From Podospora anserina (lineage: Eukaryota): a stretch of 64,000 bases of DNA. Shown here in pieces: positions 37,842-50,941 of this stretch. Within the stretch, counting starts at the first letter, position 1, and each line of letters begins with the position of its first letter. The notes below the pieces were generated by a model. It did not search any database. It saw nothing but the letters and a program-made list of their open reading frames with translations, and was not told where the DNA came from. The position numbers and the translations under genes were made by a program. The stretch is taken from NCBI GenBank assembly GCA_017654855.1, contig CM030337.1, forward strand, positions 1,178,001 to 1,242,000. The letters run 5' to 3'.

Positions 37842-39170
37842 ACATTTAAGGGGGTTTATGTGGGGTTTTGTAATCTGAAGGAATTTTTAGGCTGGGGGAT
37901 ATGATTTTAAGAGCAGATCTGCTGAATATCTTTGTCTTTCCTCTGTAGGAGGGGGATGAATTCACTTGAAATAAGGGTCACGATCTTGAGCAAGGCGTTT
38001 CGGTGTTTACTCGGGCTCTACCTAAACAATGTAGATTTTGATAATTTTCATGTCAATAAATGGATATAGATGAGGGAAAAGACCATCATGGTCATCCTGA
38101 TTTTTCCATCCGAGCTTTGTTAACAACAATGGCTGTCAAGCGCTGCTCAGTCTAGTAACTCCTGTCCGAGCGTGAGTAGCCGTCATGCTCAAGACGAGGT
38201 TGTGGTCGCCGTCGTTGTCGGACTCTTCGGTGCCATGGTTGCTCTCACCGTCGCTGTCCTGGTCCGACTCTTTGGTGGAAGAGCTGCTTGGATCTTCGGT
38301 ACTCGAACTGCTTGACGCTTCGTCACCGGCGTCGGGCATCTCCAAGTCACTGGGGCTTGCTCTCCTCGTCACTGGTGTTGTCCGACTCTTTGGCACTGGT
38401 GGGAGGGGGCGTTGAGGAGCGCGAGCGAGCGGGGCCACTTGCTGTATACCTAGATGATCCCAGCGTGAATACCTAGGCGGGCTAACTGTATGTGCCATCT
38501 CTTACGGCCTTCCATAGGTCTGGTGGCATTCTTCCCATTTCGGCCATCAAGTCCCGGTGGTGATGGCATGCTGCCCCCTACGATCATGACATCAATGCTA
38601 CGATGATGAAGACCTGAATAACCTGGAGGCCTGGTTACCTATCTTGGATAAGGTTTCCATAGACCGGACGATGGAGTCGATGGTGAAGAAGCCATAGACG
38701 CCGTCGTGGGCGAGGGGCTCGCTGAAAAGGGTTCGTGTTGAACAGGATGAACGTAGGGGAGCACTGTGAAGAGGCGGAAGTTTCGGGACATGATTCTTGA
38801 ACAAAACGCTAGGAGTAAACGGTAGGTGTGCAGTGAAAGAGCAAAAAGAAGGTATTTTACTTATTTTCGTCCGAGCTCGAAACACACAGAATTGGTATGT
38901 ACCACCGGCTAGACATTTGACAGGTGTCTTTGGAAATATAACTTTATTGCTGCAAATCCAACCCCCGTGGATGTCATCTGCACCTAATCGTCAGCCTTCA
39001 AGTACAGCAGCTCTACCTAAGCCCCTTTATTCACACTGCCTCATGAGGAACGGTGACATTTCGCAATGATTTTACTCTCCTATGGATGCACTATGGGTAT
39101 TCTATCATCCCTCAACACCTTCTTTCCATACATCATATCATACTTCAACCTCGCCCCTATCTACACCACC

Positions 39171-40292
39171 CTAACCACGGTTGATCGTATTACCAGCCCC
39201 CCTGGGGTTCTCCTCCACAAACTCATCCCACGCCCTAGCCTTATACATCTCTTTCTCGGCCTTTTCATAATCATCCTCATCCGGCTCCGGCACCTGCCCA
39301 CTTGCCTCCCCTCCCCCCTCAATAATCCCACCTCTCCTTCTCTCTTCCTCCAGGTACTCATCAATCGTCATTGTCGGCAGATTATGACTCGGCCTAAACA
39401 CCCCCTTGGCAATCTCCTGCCTGTTTGCCAAGAGCGTAAACGGCTGCAGTGGCTTCCCCTGCTGTGACAAAATCGGTCCTCCTTTCCCTCCAAGAGCACG
39501 GTTCATTATATCTAGTCTGTCGTTGTAACTGCCATCGCTGGTTATCCCCCGCCTACGCCTATCATCCTCGGCTTGCTGCTGGTTTTGCTGGGCCGATGGA
39601 GGTGGTTGGGGGGGTGCCATGGACAAGATCTCCATTTCCCGATTTAGAGAGTCGAGGGCGTTGAAGGTAAGGTGAACACGATAAGCTAGGTTAGCTAGGT
39701 GGACTTCTCGGACGACTTCCTCGTCGCCTGCTCCCGAGGGGATGTCTTCATCTTCTGTGGCGCCATACTCTGGACGGGCGCGGAGATAATCTAACTTTTG
39801 GCGGAGGGCTTTTTCTGTTTGGAAGTTTGCGATTTTGGCATTCCGGCGGACTGTTGGGTCGGAGGAGTTGGCGGTTGAAAAGGTGGATGGGGAGGAGGTG
39901 TAGGCTTCGAGGAGTTTGGCTGATTGGGGGGTGAGGAGGGAGTAGCTGTCTAGGAGGTGGAGGAAGCGCTCGTAGAAATCGCGGGCGGAGGTGAGGATTC
40001 TTTTGCGCTCGGGAAGGGAGGGGGTGGGGAGCTTTTGGGAGAGCTCGGCGAGGTGGTAGTTGATTAGGAGGAGGGGGAGGTCGGAGGTGGAGAGGTCTTC
40101 GAGAGATTCGTTGGGGGAGAAGAGGGAGAGGTGGGATATTAGGTGAAGGGACTCTTGGTAGTTCTTGATGGCGGAGGAGATGGCGTCGGTGTATTCTTGG
40201 GAGTTGGGAGTGAAGGCCTGGGTTTCCAGAGCGATGCGCTGGGCTTCGGCGTCGGCGAAGACAGCTTTGAGGGAGCGAGGCTCGGTTTCCAT
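39171..40292 (-). CDS. TAP42: TAP42/alpha4 PP2A regulatory protein
   Basis: LSLFSPNESLEDLST, RRNAKIANF, VFRPSHNLPTMTIDEYLEEE, KARAWDEF.E.NPRGAGNT.NRG. Confidence 0.93.
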   Translation of the reverse strand: METEPRSLKAVFADAEAQRIALETQAFTPNSQEYTDAISSAIKNYQESLHLISHLSLFSPNESLEDLSTSDLPLLLINYHLAELSQKLPTPSLPERKRILTSARDFYERFLHLLDSYSLLTPQSAKLLEAYTSSPSTFSTANSSDPTVRRNAKIANFQTEKALRQKLDYLRARPEYGATEDEDIPSGAGDEEVVREVHLANLAYRVHLTFNALDSLNREMEILSMAPPQPPPSAQQNQQQAEDDRRRRGITSDGSYNDRLDIMNRALGGKGGPILSQQGKPLQPFTLLANRQEIAKGVFRPSHNLPTMTIDEYLEEERRRGGIIEGGGEASGQVPEPDEDDYEKAEKEMYKARAWDEFVEENPRGAGNTINRG

Positions 40293-40834
40293 GGTTGCCT
40301 TCTATTCGATCAAAGGGTCCGAAAATGAATTGTATTTTTCAAAGAGCTTTAGTTTCTCGGTCGGTGCTGGTGGATGCTGGTGTTGTCTTTGGCGGCCGCT
40401 TGATGTGGAGGGAGGGGCACTTGGAGAACCTGGAAATCCTGGCAGGGGTCCCTGAGCTCGGTCGACCCCACTTTGAAACTTCCCTGCTGTAATAGAGCTG
40501 CCCCTCGTTTAATCTTATAATCTAATCTAATCAATCAACGACACGTCACTGTTTGGGGGGCACTCTCCTGGTGATCAAATCTGGGAGCAGTAACGGTCAT
40601 AGCGAGTAGAGGAAGTTCTATAGCGGTTATCACAAGATTCACCTGCTCCAAGAAAAGTCCTCTCATCAAAACATGATTATTGACTGACAGATCTGTCATG
40701 TGGGCAGCTGCTGCCTCGATCGGTAAGTGGGGCGACTGACGGCACAATGGCGACCTTCTTCAACCATCGACTAACTTCTTTGGTGATGCATCAGACCATC
40801 AGGTTTTCCAAGAGCACTGCCTATAACACCGCCC

Positions 40835-41781
40835 ATGCGCGTCAGCCCCCGTCGCTTGCCCTCTCTTTCCGTGTTTGCCAGAGGAACCCGTTTGATCGGC
40901 TCAAGCAACAGCAGAATGGCGCTTCATCCCAAGCAAGACGACAAGCTCATATGTATGTTTGACACCCGGCGCTTTTGGAAACGAGAAAATAGCTAACACG
41001 CCATACAGTCGCCCCCACCGGGACACCAGCACTACTGGATTCAGGCCCTACACTTCCTCCTGGACAGGCCGCCCAGTTCTTGAAAGCTGAGCGCCAAGGC
41101 GGTCTCAAGAGGACTGACGTCGACCCGGAGAGCCCTATCACACAATTCCACACATGGTTCCAGCAAGCCTCGCTTCCCGAGGCCGGTGTTTTTCACCCAG
41201 AGACATGCACATTATCCACTGCCCAGCTTCCCTCTGGCCGTGTCTCCTCTCGGGTGGTATACATGAAGGAGCTTGATCACAAGGGATTTGTCATTTACAG
41301 CAACTTTGGAACCAGCGGTAAGGCTAGGGATTTGTTTGGCACCGCAGATGGGAAGAGTACAGGCAATCCATGGGCCTCTCTTGTGTTTTGGTGGGAGCCC
41401 TTGGAGAGGCAGGTCAGAGTAGAGGGAAGAGCAGAGAGACTTGCGCCAGAGGAAAGTCAAGTCTATTACGACACCAGAGCAAGAGGTAGTCGCATTGGTG
41501 CGTGGGCTAGTCAGCAGAGTTCAGTGCTGAAGCCCGATGCGAGCAAGGAGGGTGATGACGGGCGGTCACAGTTGGAGGGATGGGTCAAGGAGACAGAGAA
41601 GAAGTTCGAGGGTGCCGAGCAAATTCCAGTTCCTCCATTCTGGGGCGGCCTCAGAATTATTCCAGAACGAGTGGAGTTCTGGCAGGGGAGGCAGAGCCGG
41701 TTGCACGATCGGTTTGTGTATGACCTTGTCGAGTGTGAGGATGGGAGCAAGAAGTGGCAGTTGGAGAGGCTAAGCCCATAA
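40835..41781 (+). CDS. PDX3: Pyridoxamine 5'-phosphate oxidase; intron 40953-41008; second in-frame ATG at 40916
   Basis: RVSSRVVYMKE, FWWEPLERQVRVEG, SRIGAWASQQS, PPFWGG, EFWQGRQSRLHDRF, ERLSP. Confidence 0.93.
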
Positions 41782-42338
41782 AGGGGACAGCGTCAAAACA
41801 CACAGCTTTCTCAGTTAGGATTTGAGCCTTAATAAACTTGTTCACATTCACAGGTTTCCCATCTCCCAGAGTTGAGCTTCGTGATCGGTCGAAATCGAGG
41901 TTTGTTGCTCTACGCGGAAGCCTGCGGATAGTTGCAGAAGCTGATAGCTCCAGACTCAGAGACCACATCTTTCGCAGCAATCAACTGATCTGTTCAACTT
42001 TTTAGAGCGTTTTCCGGGTGCCGCCTTTTTTCAATTTTATTAGATTTCTTTTGGCTGCTCCGGGAAGTCGCAACTGATCAGAAACACCTGCTCCGATCGC
42101 ACCTTCTTCTTCAGTGGGAAAGCTCCCTTCTTGCGCCTTCTGCCTACAGAGCAATTTTAACCCATCAATATCTGCCAACACTACCGGCTCTCATCAAACA
42201 CTCTCCCAAAACTTTCACCGAACACTCTCACAGCCCGTATCTTTTCTCACTCCTACCCTATCTACCCAACTGCGCCACCGTGCTTTTCTCGCAACAAACT
42301 CGACTACCTTACCCATCCTTCTCACAACGCTGCCGAAG

Positions 42339-45300
42339 ATGTCTCCGGGTGTGCTGCTATCACCGCCGGGCAGCCTAGTTGAGGGCGACCTATTGAGTCT
42401 GTATGGTTCAACCCCACACACTGCAAGTCAAACCTCGCCAGATGCCAGCAGTGAGGCGAATGACGATGTTGACACCGACGGAGACGAGGACGATGGCGGT
42501 GGTGGAGGCAAGATATTCGAGGTCAACGATCCGCCAGGGCCGCGCAAGATGTCCGAGAAGAAGAGAGCAGACAATGCAAAGTTCGACATTTGGCTAGAGG
42601 AGAACCAGCAGAACCTGTCCAAAGGAGCTGGGAAGCTGGTGTTGGATGAGGAGAGGTCTGCCAACTGGCTGATGCGCGAGTTCGAGAACAAAAAGATCAT
42701 CACGAGCCCGCGAGATTACCAGCTGGAGCTTTTTGAGCGGGCCAAGACCCAAAACACAATCGCAGTGCTGGACACCGGTATGTCTATCACTTGAACACTC
42801 CTTGGAACTCACATGGGCTAACTTCTGTTACAGGATCGGGAAAAACGCTCATTGCCGCCTTGCTTCTGAGATGGACGATACAAAACGAGCTCGAGAACCG
42901 ATTCCAAGGCCAACCGAAGCGCATTGCCTTCTTTCTCGTGGACAAAGTAGCTCTCGTCTTTCAGCAGCATGCAGTCCTGACGTGCAACCTGGACTACTCG
43001 GTAGCCAAGTTTTGCGGACAGATGCTCGATCGATCGTCAGCGGAGTTTTGGGAAACCACATTCCAGGAGAATATGGCCATCGTCTGCACCTCGGAGATTC
43101 TCTACCAATGCCTCCACCATTCATACATCCGCATGGACCAGATCAATCTCTTGATATTTGATGAGTGCCATCATACCAAGAAAAACCACCCCTATGCCCG
43201 GATCATCAAAGACTTCTACATCCAAAATGAGGACAATGAAGCACGGCCGCGCATCTTGGGAATGACCGCCTCTCCTGTTGATGCCCAGATTGATCCAAGA
43301 ATTGCTGCCGCTGAGCTCGAGGGTTTGCTTCACAGCCAGATCGCCACAGTTTCTGACCCAACCATCATTCAACATACCATCAGTTGTCCAAAAGAGGAGA
43401 TAGTTCTGGAGTACGACAGAAGGCCTCGGCAGTGGACGACCCCTCTTCACCAGTCCATCAAGGCTCTGGTTGGGAACCATGATTACTTCACAAAGGCGTT
43501 TGTTTTCACCTCACAAGCAACAGCTGAACTGGGGCCATGGTGCGCTGACCGGTACTGGCAACTCTTCTTCAACCAAGAGGACATTGCCAAACTCGAGACC
43601 CAAGCGGAGCGAAGTCTGCTTCGCCAAGGAGCCTTCAGCCAACTCATGGGTCTTGACAAGAACAGGGTGCGGGAGGCTCACGAGCTTGTGAAAAATCATG
43701 AATTTGAACAGCCTATTCTGGACACTCGGCTATTCTCCTCCAAGGTCATCGAGCTCTGGAAGACTCTTCATGATCAGTTCAGCAGTCAGGATCTTGTGAG
43801 ACGATGCATCGTCTTTGTGAAGCAGAGAAACACAGCAAACATTCTCGTTGACCTCCTCAAACAGCCGGAACTCAAAATTCCTGGTCTTGAGCCAGGTATT
43901 CTTGTAAGTTGACCCCTCTAGAAAATATCAATTTCTCTAACTCTAGTGAACAGATTGGCGGCGGGAGAAATGATTCCAGCTGGGAGAGCTCCAAGACTAG
44001 CTACCGCGATCAGGTCCTGACCATCATCAAGTTCAAGAAAGGAGAGCTCAACTGCATCTTTGCCACCTCGGTCGCGGAAGAGGGCCTTGATATTCCTGAT
44101 TGCAACATCATCATCAGGTTCGACTTGTATGACACGTTGATTCAGTACATCCAATCTCGTGGGCGCGCTCGTCAAGAAAAGTCGACCTACATCCACATGA
44201 TTGAGAGAGGGAACTCAGAGCAATTGCAAAAGATGAAACAGCTCAAGCAGAGCGAAGACGGACTCAGGAAGTTTTGCGAGGCGATGCCGGACACGCGAAA
44301 GCTGACCGGAAACAACTTCAAAATGGACTACTTTCTGAGGAAAGAGAAAGGCCAACGACAGTACACTGTTCCGGAGACTGGGGCAAAGTTGAACTACAAG
44401 CAGAGTCTCATCTGTCTTGCCAACTTTGTGTCATCACTCCCACACCCGCCAGAAACGAACCTAACACCGGAATACACGGTCAATACCACCGAGGGCGGGT
44501 TTCAGTGTGAAGTCATCTTACCGGCTATATCTCCGATCAGATCTGCCATCGGAAAAGTGCACGGCAGCAAGGCAGTAGCCAAGTGTTCAGCGGCCTTTGA
44601 GATGTGTCTTCAGCTTGTTCGGGGCAACTATTTGGACACTCACCTTCGACCAACTCTTACCAAGCAGCTCCCCGCCATGCGTAATGCCCGTCTTGCCATC
44701 AGTTCCAAGAAGAAGGAAGAGTATGGCATGCGCATGAAGCCGGAGGTCTGGTCAACTCTCGGCGAGCCCACCGAGCTCTTTGCAACGGCCCTGACTTTGG
44801 AAAGTCCAGAGTCACTTGGCAGACCGTCATTACCACTGTTGCTGCTCACACGAAGACGGATTCCTCAAGTTGCTTCGTTCCCGATCTATTTTGGAAAGTC
44901 TCGTTCCTCAATCGTCAATTTCGTACTGGCAGATGAACCCATTGAGGTGGATGAAGCGGAGCTAACCAGCTTGACCGCCTTCACTCTCTCGATATTCAAG
45001 GATGTTTTCAGCAAGGAGTACGAGGCGACATTTTACGACTTGCCTTACTTTCTGGCTCCGACTTGCAAAGACCACTCCTCCGACTTTTCCGCGCCGGCAT
45101 CAGACGAGCTTATCGATTGGGACACCGTCAAATACGTCCAAGAAAATAACATCGTTACTTACAACTTTGACGAACCGGATGACTTCTTCGAGCACAAATA
45201 CGTGTGGGACCCCTGGGATGGTGCTCGCAAATTCTACCTTCGTGGACGCCGTCACGATATGAAACCTACGGACCCTGTGCCCGAAGGCATTGTCGCCCCC

Positions 45301-47201
45301 GGCCACAGGGCTTGGAGGACGACGTGTGACGCGCATGACATTCTGAACTACAGCAACAGTCTGTGGTCCAAGTCCCGAGCCAAGTTCAAGAGCCGGGGCG
45401 ACCAAGCAGTGGTGGAGGCTGAACTATTGTCCACCCAGCGTAACCTTTTGGATGACAGTCTGGAGGGCGAAAACTTGGAACCAAAGCAGTGCTTCTTGGT
45501 TTTAGAACCATTAAAGATCTCACCAGTAAGGTACCCATTTTCTGAGTCGGATATTGCAACGCTAACAGACTGCAGCTTCCAGTTCAGGTTGTGGCTATGG
45601 CCTACAACTTTCCTGTCATCATTCACCGTGTCGATTCCAACTTGGTTGCCTTGGATGCGTGTAACATGCTGGGATTGAATATCAGGCCAGACTTGGCGCT
45701 TGAAGCCTTCACCAAGGACAGCGACAACACTGATGAACAGGATGTTGAGCAGGTGAATTTCCAGCGCGGCATGGGCAACAATTACGAGAGACTGGAGTTT
45801 TTGGGAGATGCTTTCCTCAAAATGGCCACCACAATTGCCATCTACACCCTCATCCCTGACAAGGACGAGTTTGAGTACCACGTCGAGCGCATGGTCTTGA
45901 TTTGCAACCGGAACCTCTTCAACAACGCACTTGAGGTCAAGCTAGAAGAGTACATTCGATCCATGGCTTTCAACCGCCGCACTTGGTACCCAGAGGGCTT
46001 AACTCTCAAGCGCGGCAAACGAAAGGACATCAGGAAGAAGCATGTCTTGGCCGACAAGTCTATTGCCGATGTCTGCGAGGCCATCATCGGCGCCGCCTAC
46101 CTTACTGCACAGGAAGCTGGCAACTTTGACATGGCCATTCAAGCAGTGACGAGAATGGTGAATGACAAGAACCATACGATGCAGACATGGTCTGACTACT
46201 ACGCAGTGTACAAGAAACCTGCATGGCAGACTATGCCAACAAACAGCGTGCAGGAAGACATGGCCGAAAAGTTTCACAAGAGGATGGGTTATCGATTTCA
46301 ATATCCCCGTCTGCTGAGGAGCGCGTTCCAGCACCCGACTTACCCAACCTCGTGGGAGAAGCTTCCCAGCTACCAACGTCTTGAGTTCCTTGGCGACGCT
46401 TTGTTGGACATGGCATGCATTGACCATCTCTTCCATCGCTTCCCAGGGGCCGACCCCCAGTGGCTGACCGAACACAAGATGGCCATGGTCTCCAACCAGT
46501 TCTTGGGCTGTCTCGCAGTCTACATTGGCTTCCACCGATCTCTCCAGCACAGCTCGCCTGCGGTCCAGTCCGAAATCGCGTCGTACGTCACAGAAATTGA
46601 GGAGGCCCTTGCCGCTGCGAAAGCCGCTGCCGTACAAGAAGGCAAGTCAGAGTCCAATTTTGCGAGAGACTTTTGGGTGGACTGCTCCCGCCCTCCGAAG
46701 TGCCTTCCAGATACGATCGAAGCTTACGTCGGCGCCATATTCGTCGACTCCTCTTACGACTACCAAACCGTCCAGGATTTCTTTGACAAGCACATCCAGT
46801 TCTGGTTTGAGGACATGAGGCTGTATGACACGTTTGCCAATAAACACCCCGTGACATTTCTGGGTCATGAGATGCAGCATCGGTTTCGGTGCCAGGAGTG
46901 GCGGTTGCTGACGAGGGAGATTATGGTTGATAAAGATGAGGAGGGGGGTATGATGGGGGAAAAGCAGGTTGTTTGTGCGGTGATGGTGCATGGGCAGAAG
47001 CTGGCGCATGCGGTGGCTCAGAGTGCGAGGTATTCCAAGATTGGGGCGGCGAAGAAGGCGCTGAGGGAGTTGGAGGGATTGGACCAGGGGGAGTTTAGAC
47101 GGAGGGTGGGGTGTGATTGTAAGGTGGTAGGGGAGGTGGAGGGGAAGGATGGGGAGAAGGGAGAAGAGGTTGAGATTGAGGTGTATGGGGATGCTATTTG
47201 A
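42339..47201 (+). CDS. dcl1: Dicer-like protein 1; introns 42778-42833, 43904-43953, 45526-45575
   Basis: PRDYQLELF, DTG|SGKT, DECH, GMTASP, ATSVAEEGLDIP, QSRGRAR, DUF283-like region, two RNase III signatures (ERLEFLGD, QRLEFLGD), C-terminal dsRBD ending GCDC. Confidence 0.93.
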
Positions 47202-47771
47202 TGGTAGGTAGGGATGGTATTTGATTTGGGAATTTGGAAGGGTGGAGATGAGAGGGATTTGGTAGAGGTTGTGTAGATAGGCGGATGGAGGGGTTAAGCA
47301 AAAGCGGTGCGTTTGACAAGAATGAGAAGCGAACTTTCTCTGATTGTGTTTTGTCACTTGTGATATGTCATGTTGAAGTAAATTGCAAAAAATGAGTGAG
47401 TCTGTCTTGATGTAAATAAATGTGTGTGGTGTCTGTGGTGTCTAGTGGGATTTCAGGAAAAAGGGAGAAGTAAACAGACGTGTGCGCTTGTCTGGGCAAC
47501 ATAGTCAGTTACATAAGCAGCAAAGATGTCTTGGCAATATCAAAAACTTTCTCGAACAACATCTTCAACATCATACTGACCCAATCGCACTCTTGCTTTT
47601 CTTCTCGCCCACTTTAAATGCAACGCTTTCTAGTTACTTACCTCCACTTTACTACGCTGCTTGAGCGTTGAAAAGTTTGGAGACAGGATATGGCGGTGTG
47701 TAACTCATCATGAAGCCCTCTTTGTAGCGTTGTTATGGTCGATATAATATCATTTTCGGGAGGTAGTGGTC

Positions 47772-47890
47772 ACATACGACCATAACCAACTGAAAGCTCG
47801 GGATCCCGTCCGCTCTCCCCTAGATAAGCAGTTGAGTGCCGAACTAGTACTCAGGTGGGTGACCACTGGGGAATCCTCGGTGTTGTATGT
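47772..47890 (+). rRNA. 5S rRNA (dispersed copy)
   Basis: 119 nt ACATACGACCATA...GGTGTTGTATGT followed by T-run; TATA-like ATATAA about 30 nt upstream. Confidence 0.96.
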
Positions 47891-48845
47891 TTTTGCCGAA
47901 TGAATTTTTGAACCCCACTGGCAAATCTGGGCACCCCCGAGCCAAGCCCTGCCTGTCAGAGAGGGAAAGAGGGCTTGGAGAGGACATATACCTACCCTAA
48001 AGCTGCAGCAGATGGAGCAGTATTCTATGTACAGGGAGGGGTGAGTAAGTTGGTGGTCACGAAGGAGGATTGATGAGAGAAAGGGTTAACTGAGGTGTCA
48101 CGGCGAAGCTGGGTGTTAAAGGGTGTGAGAGAGGTATGTTATGTGAGATGAGATTTGTGAGTGTTCCAAACTTGCCACCCCGGAATACTCTCGATATTGT
48201 GCGCCCGTATCATACATAAGGTTTTCTTGTATGTCTTACTTTATGAGCTTATTGAATATCATTTATGGGATTCTGCCTACAGCCTTATTTTCTGACTCGT
48301 CTGTTTCAACTCTGCCTTCTTCTCTGAGATATTCGCACCAAAACTCACACAGTCTCTGTCAGCTGGTTTGCGGGAGGGGATTCTCTGTTGCTAGAAGCTT
48401 TTGAAGTCGAACAGCGACGTTCCCTTGTTGCTATGAGGGGCATCTAGGTTTATTTACTTCGTTATGTCTGTGAAAGTTGACTTGTTGTTTTGTAATCCTG
48501 TATGGGAAATGCGGTGGGATCCAAAGGCATAGCGAAATATGAATGGAGCAAGAACCCAAAGGGATTAAGGCACCAATTCTCCGCGAAAGGGGCACTGTTA
48601 GTGATTGGAACCAATCAGATGTGTTGTGGCTGGCTTCTCGGATAACATCCGATCCAGTCATGGGCGTTGGCGTGATTTTTCTAGAAAATCAGTGGCATGG
48701 TGCTCAAAACTACAACAATATACATATAACCTGGAGAGAAGCTCTTCGATGTCAAATATTTTACTTACTACCGATAAGCTGAGTCTGAATGTGCTCACGT
48801 CCTCCTCCAAAGAAGTACGAAACAAACCGGGTTCCGTTGCGATAC

Positions 48846-50870
48846 ATGTCAAGCATGACATCCGACTTCACCTACCAGAATGTCCCCCTGCCCAATCCCT
48901 CCTACTACATCCGCCTCCTCCACCTCCACCCTCCTTCACCTCTAGTCCCCGGTGATGCCTTTTCATCTCCCCTCCACTGCTCCATCTCTGTCTGCCCCAT
49001 CGACCAACCCACCCCTTACCACGCCATCTCCTACACATGGGGTCCTCCAAACAACGAGCGTCACTATCTCCAAGTTCATCATCATAACAACCCCGACTCA
49101 CCATCCCAGCAACTCCCCATCACCACCTCCCTCGACACTGCCCTCCGCCATCTTCGCCAACTCGCCTCAGGGAAAGTAGCCACGCTCTGGATCGACCAAA
49201 TCTGTATCAGCCAAGCCGAAAACGCCTGGGATGAAAAGTCGAAGCAGGTCGGGATAATGCACAGGATCTACTCATCCGCCGAGCAGGTGCGTGTGTGGCT
49301 GGGGCCGGCAGAAAATGGGTCAAACGAGGTGATGGAAATGTGGGAAGAAGTCGGCAGGAAATGTGAACAAGAAGTCAATCTAGCCAGCTACTTCTCCTCC
49401 AACCTGAGTGCCATCCACACTCTTATCGACCATGTGAACAATCGGACTCCGGACGATCCAGTTACCCAGCGAATTCAGAGGTACATGGACTGGGCGGCGC
49501 CGCGAATGAAGCCCTACCTGAAGGGGATGACGGTCATGTTTTCCCGGCCGTGGTTTCGTCGCGTTTGGGTGATTCAGGAGTTTGCCCTTGCGGCAAACAC
49601 GGTGTTTGTTTGTGGACTGAAGGTCATACAGGCGCAGTATCCGGCGTGGGTGCTGAACATGTATTCTCACTGCAGAAGCCGGATCTGGCCGGGTGACTTG
49701 ACAGAGGAGGACTTTGAGGTTTCGGATAAGCTGTGGAATCCAGCGTTTGACACGTTGTTCACGATCAGGAAACGGAGACAGGATCATGATAATGCGGTGA
49801 AACGAGGTCTTCTGGGTAAAAACGAAAGCCCCCCACCAGGTCCGGGTGCTGGAGATTATCTGTTTGATCTCCTGGTCAAGACTTCAAGTGACCAGAGGAT
49901 GGAGGCTACCGATCTGCGAGATAGAATCTACGCGTTGCTCGGCGTGGCGGTCGATCGAGAGAAGCTGGAACGGTTGGGATTAAAGCCAAATTATCAGAGG
50001 CGTAAATTCGAGGAGGTCCTACTGGCTACCGCTCGGGCTATCATACTTCGCGGAGAAGTGCAGATACTGTCCTTTTCCCAGTTTCCCAAGCAGCACACCC
50101 TTCCCTCCTGGGTACCTGAATGGAGACCCGGCCTGGCAACTCCATATTTCCACTACAGCAACAGGTCGCTAGGCCGTCTTCCCCCCATGTTTACCGCGTC
50201 TGGAAGCTCAAAACCCGCAGTTATCCAAATGGATAACCCGGCCATCATCGGCCTGCGCGGTTGTCGAATCGATATCGTCGAGGACACATCCGACCCTTGG
50301 ACACAAACCGAGTGGGACATAAGCAATAACTCCTCCTACCTCACCTTCCTCCGACAAGTCCAAGCCCTTTGCGATCGATCTGCTGTCAAAGAACAGAATA
50401 TTTATCCCTCCGAGCCACGCCGGACGGAGGCATTCTGGCGAGTTCCCGTTGCAGACTGCGAGATCTCCCCAAACGGCCTAGCCCGCGCCACCACTGCGCA
50501 GTCAGCCGAGATGTATGCCTACTGTCTAGAATCATGCGAGCTGTTTGAGTCCGCCTCCCCGTCTCAATGGGATTCAAAGACTGCAGCTAGGCACGAGGAG
50601 CTCCGCCCGGGAAGTGTGTACTTTACGTGTCTGGGAAGGACAGCCAACAAGAGGCCATTTCTCACGGAGAGAGGGCATGTTGGCCTCGGACCACTTTCCA
50701 CGCGAGCTGGAGACATTGTCGTCATTTTTTCTGGGGCACCGATCGTGTACCTTGTTCGACCGACGGCACGCGAGGGACATTTTGAGTTTCTTGGTGATGG
50801 CTACTGTGATGGGGTCATGGATGGAGAAGCGTGGGATGAAACAAAGGCTGAGACCTTCTTTCTTGTCTGA
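48846..50870 (+). CDS. HET-domain (heterokaryon incompatibility, het-6-like) protein, intronless
   Basis: IRLLHL, YHAISYTWG, LWIDQICISQ, EKSKQVGIMHRIYSSAEQVRVWLG, PWFRRVWVIQE, ATDLRDRIYALLG, LPSWVPEW, C-terminal GD.VVIF.G...GDGYCDGVMDGE. Confidence 0.92.
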   Translation: MSSMTSDFTYQNVPLPNPSYYIRLLHLHPPSPLVPGDAFSSPLHCSISVCPIDQPTPYHAISYTWGPPNNERHYLQVHHHNNPDSPSQQLPITTSLDTALRHLRQLASGKVATLWIDQICISQAENAWDEKSKQVGIMHRIYSSAEQVRVWLGPAENGSNEVMEMWEEVGRKCEQEVNLASYFSSNLSAIHTLIDHVNNRTPDDPVTQRIQRYMDWAAPRMKPYLKGMTVMFSRPWFRRVWVIQEFALAANTVFVCGLKVIQAQYPAWVLNMYSHCRSRIWPGDLTEEDFEVSDKLWNPAFDTLFTIRKRRQDHDNAVKRGLLGKNESPPPGPGAGDYLFDLLVKTSSDQRMEATDLRDRIYALLGVAVDREKLERLGLKPNYQRRKFEEVLLATARAIILRGEVQILSFSQFPKQHTLPSWVPEWRPGLATPYFHYSNRSLGRLPPMFTASGSSKPAVIQMDNPAIIGLRGCRIDIVEDTSDPWTQTEWDISNNSSYLTFLRQVQALCDRSAVKEQNIYPSEPRRTEAFWRVPVADCEISPNGLARATTAQSAEMYAYCLESCELFESASPSQWDSKTAARHEELRPGSVYFTCLGRTANKRPFLTERGHVGLGPLSTRAGDIVVIFSGAPIVYLVRPTAREGHFEFLGDGYCDGVMDGEAWDETKAETFFLV

Positions 50871-50941
50871 TTCATGCTGTGTTTTGGACAGAGAGGTTGG
50901 GTGAACAAAAAGAAATTCTTAAGTATCCAAAAAAATATATA

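Noticed and set aside
38136-38885. Short minus-strand ORFs, one Ser/acidic-rich
   Set aside because: Could be an orphan gene or pseudogene, but I could not build a consistent spliced model.
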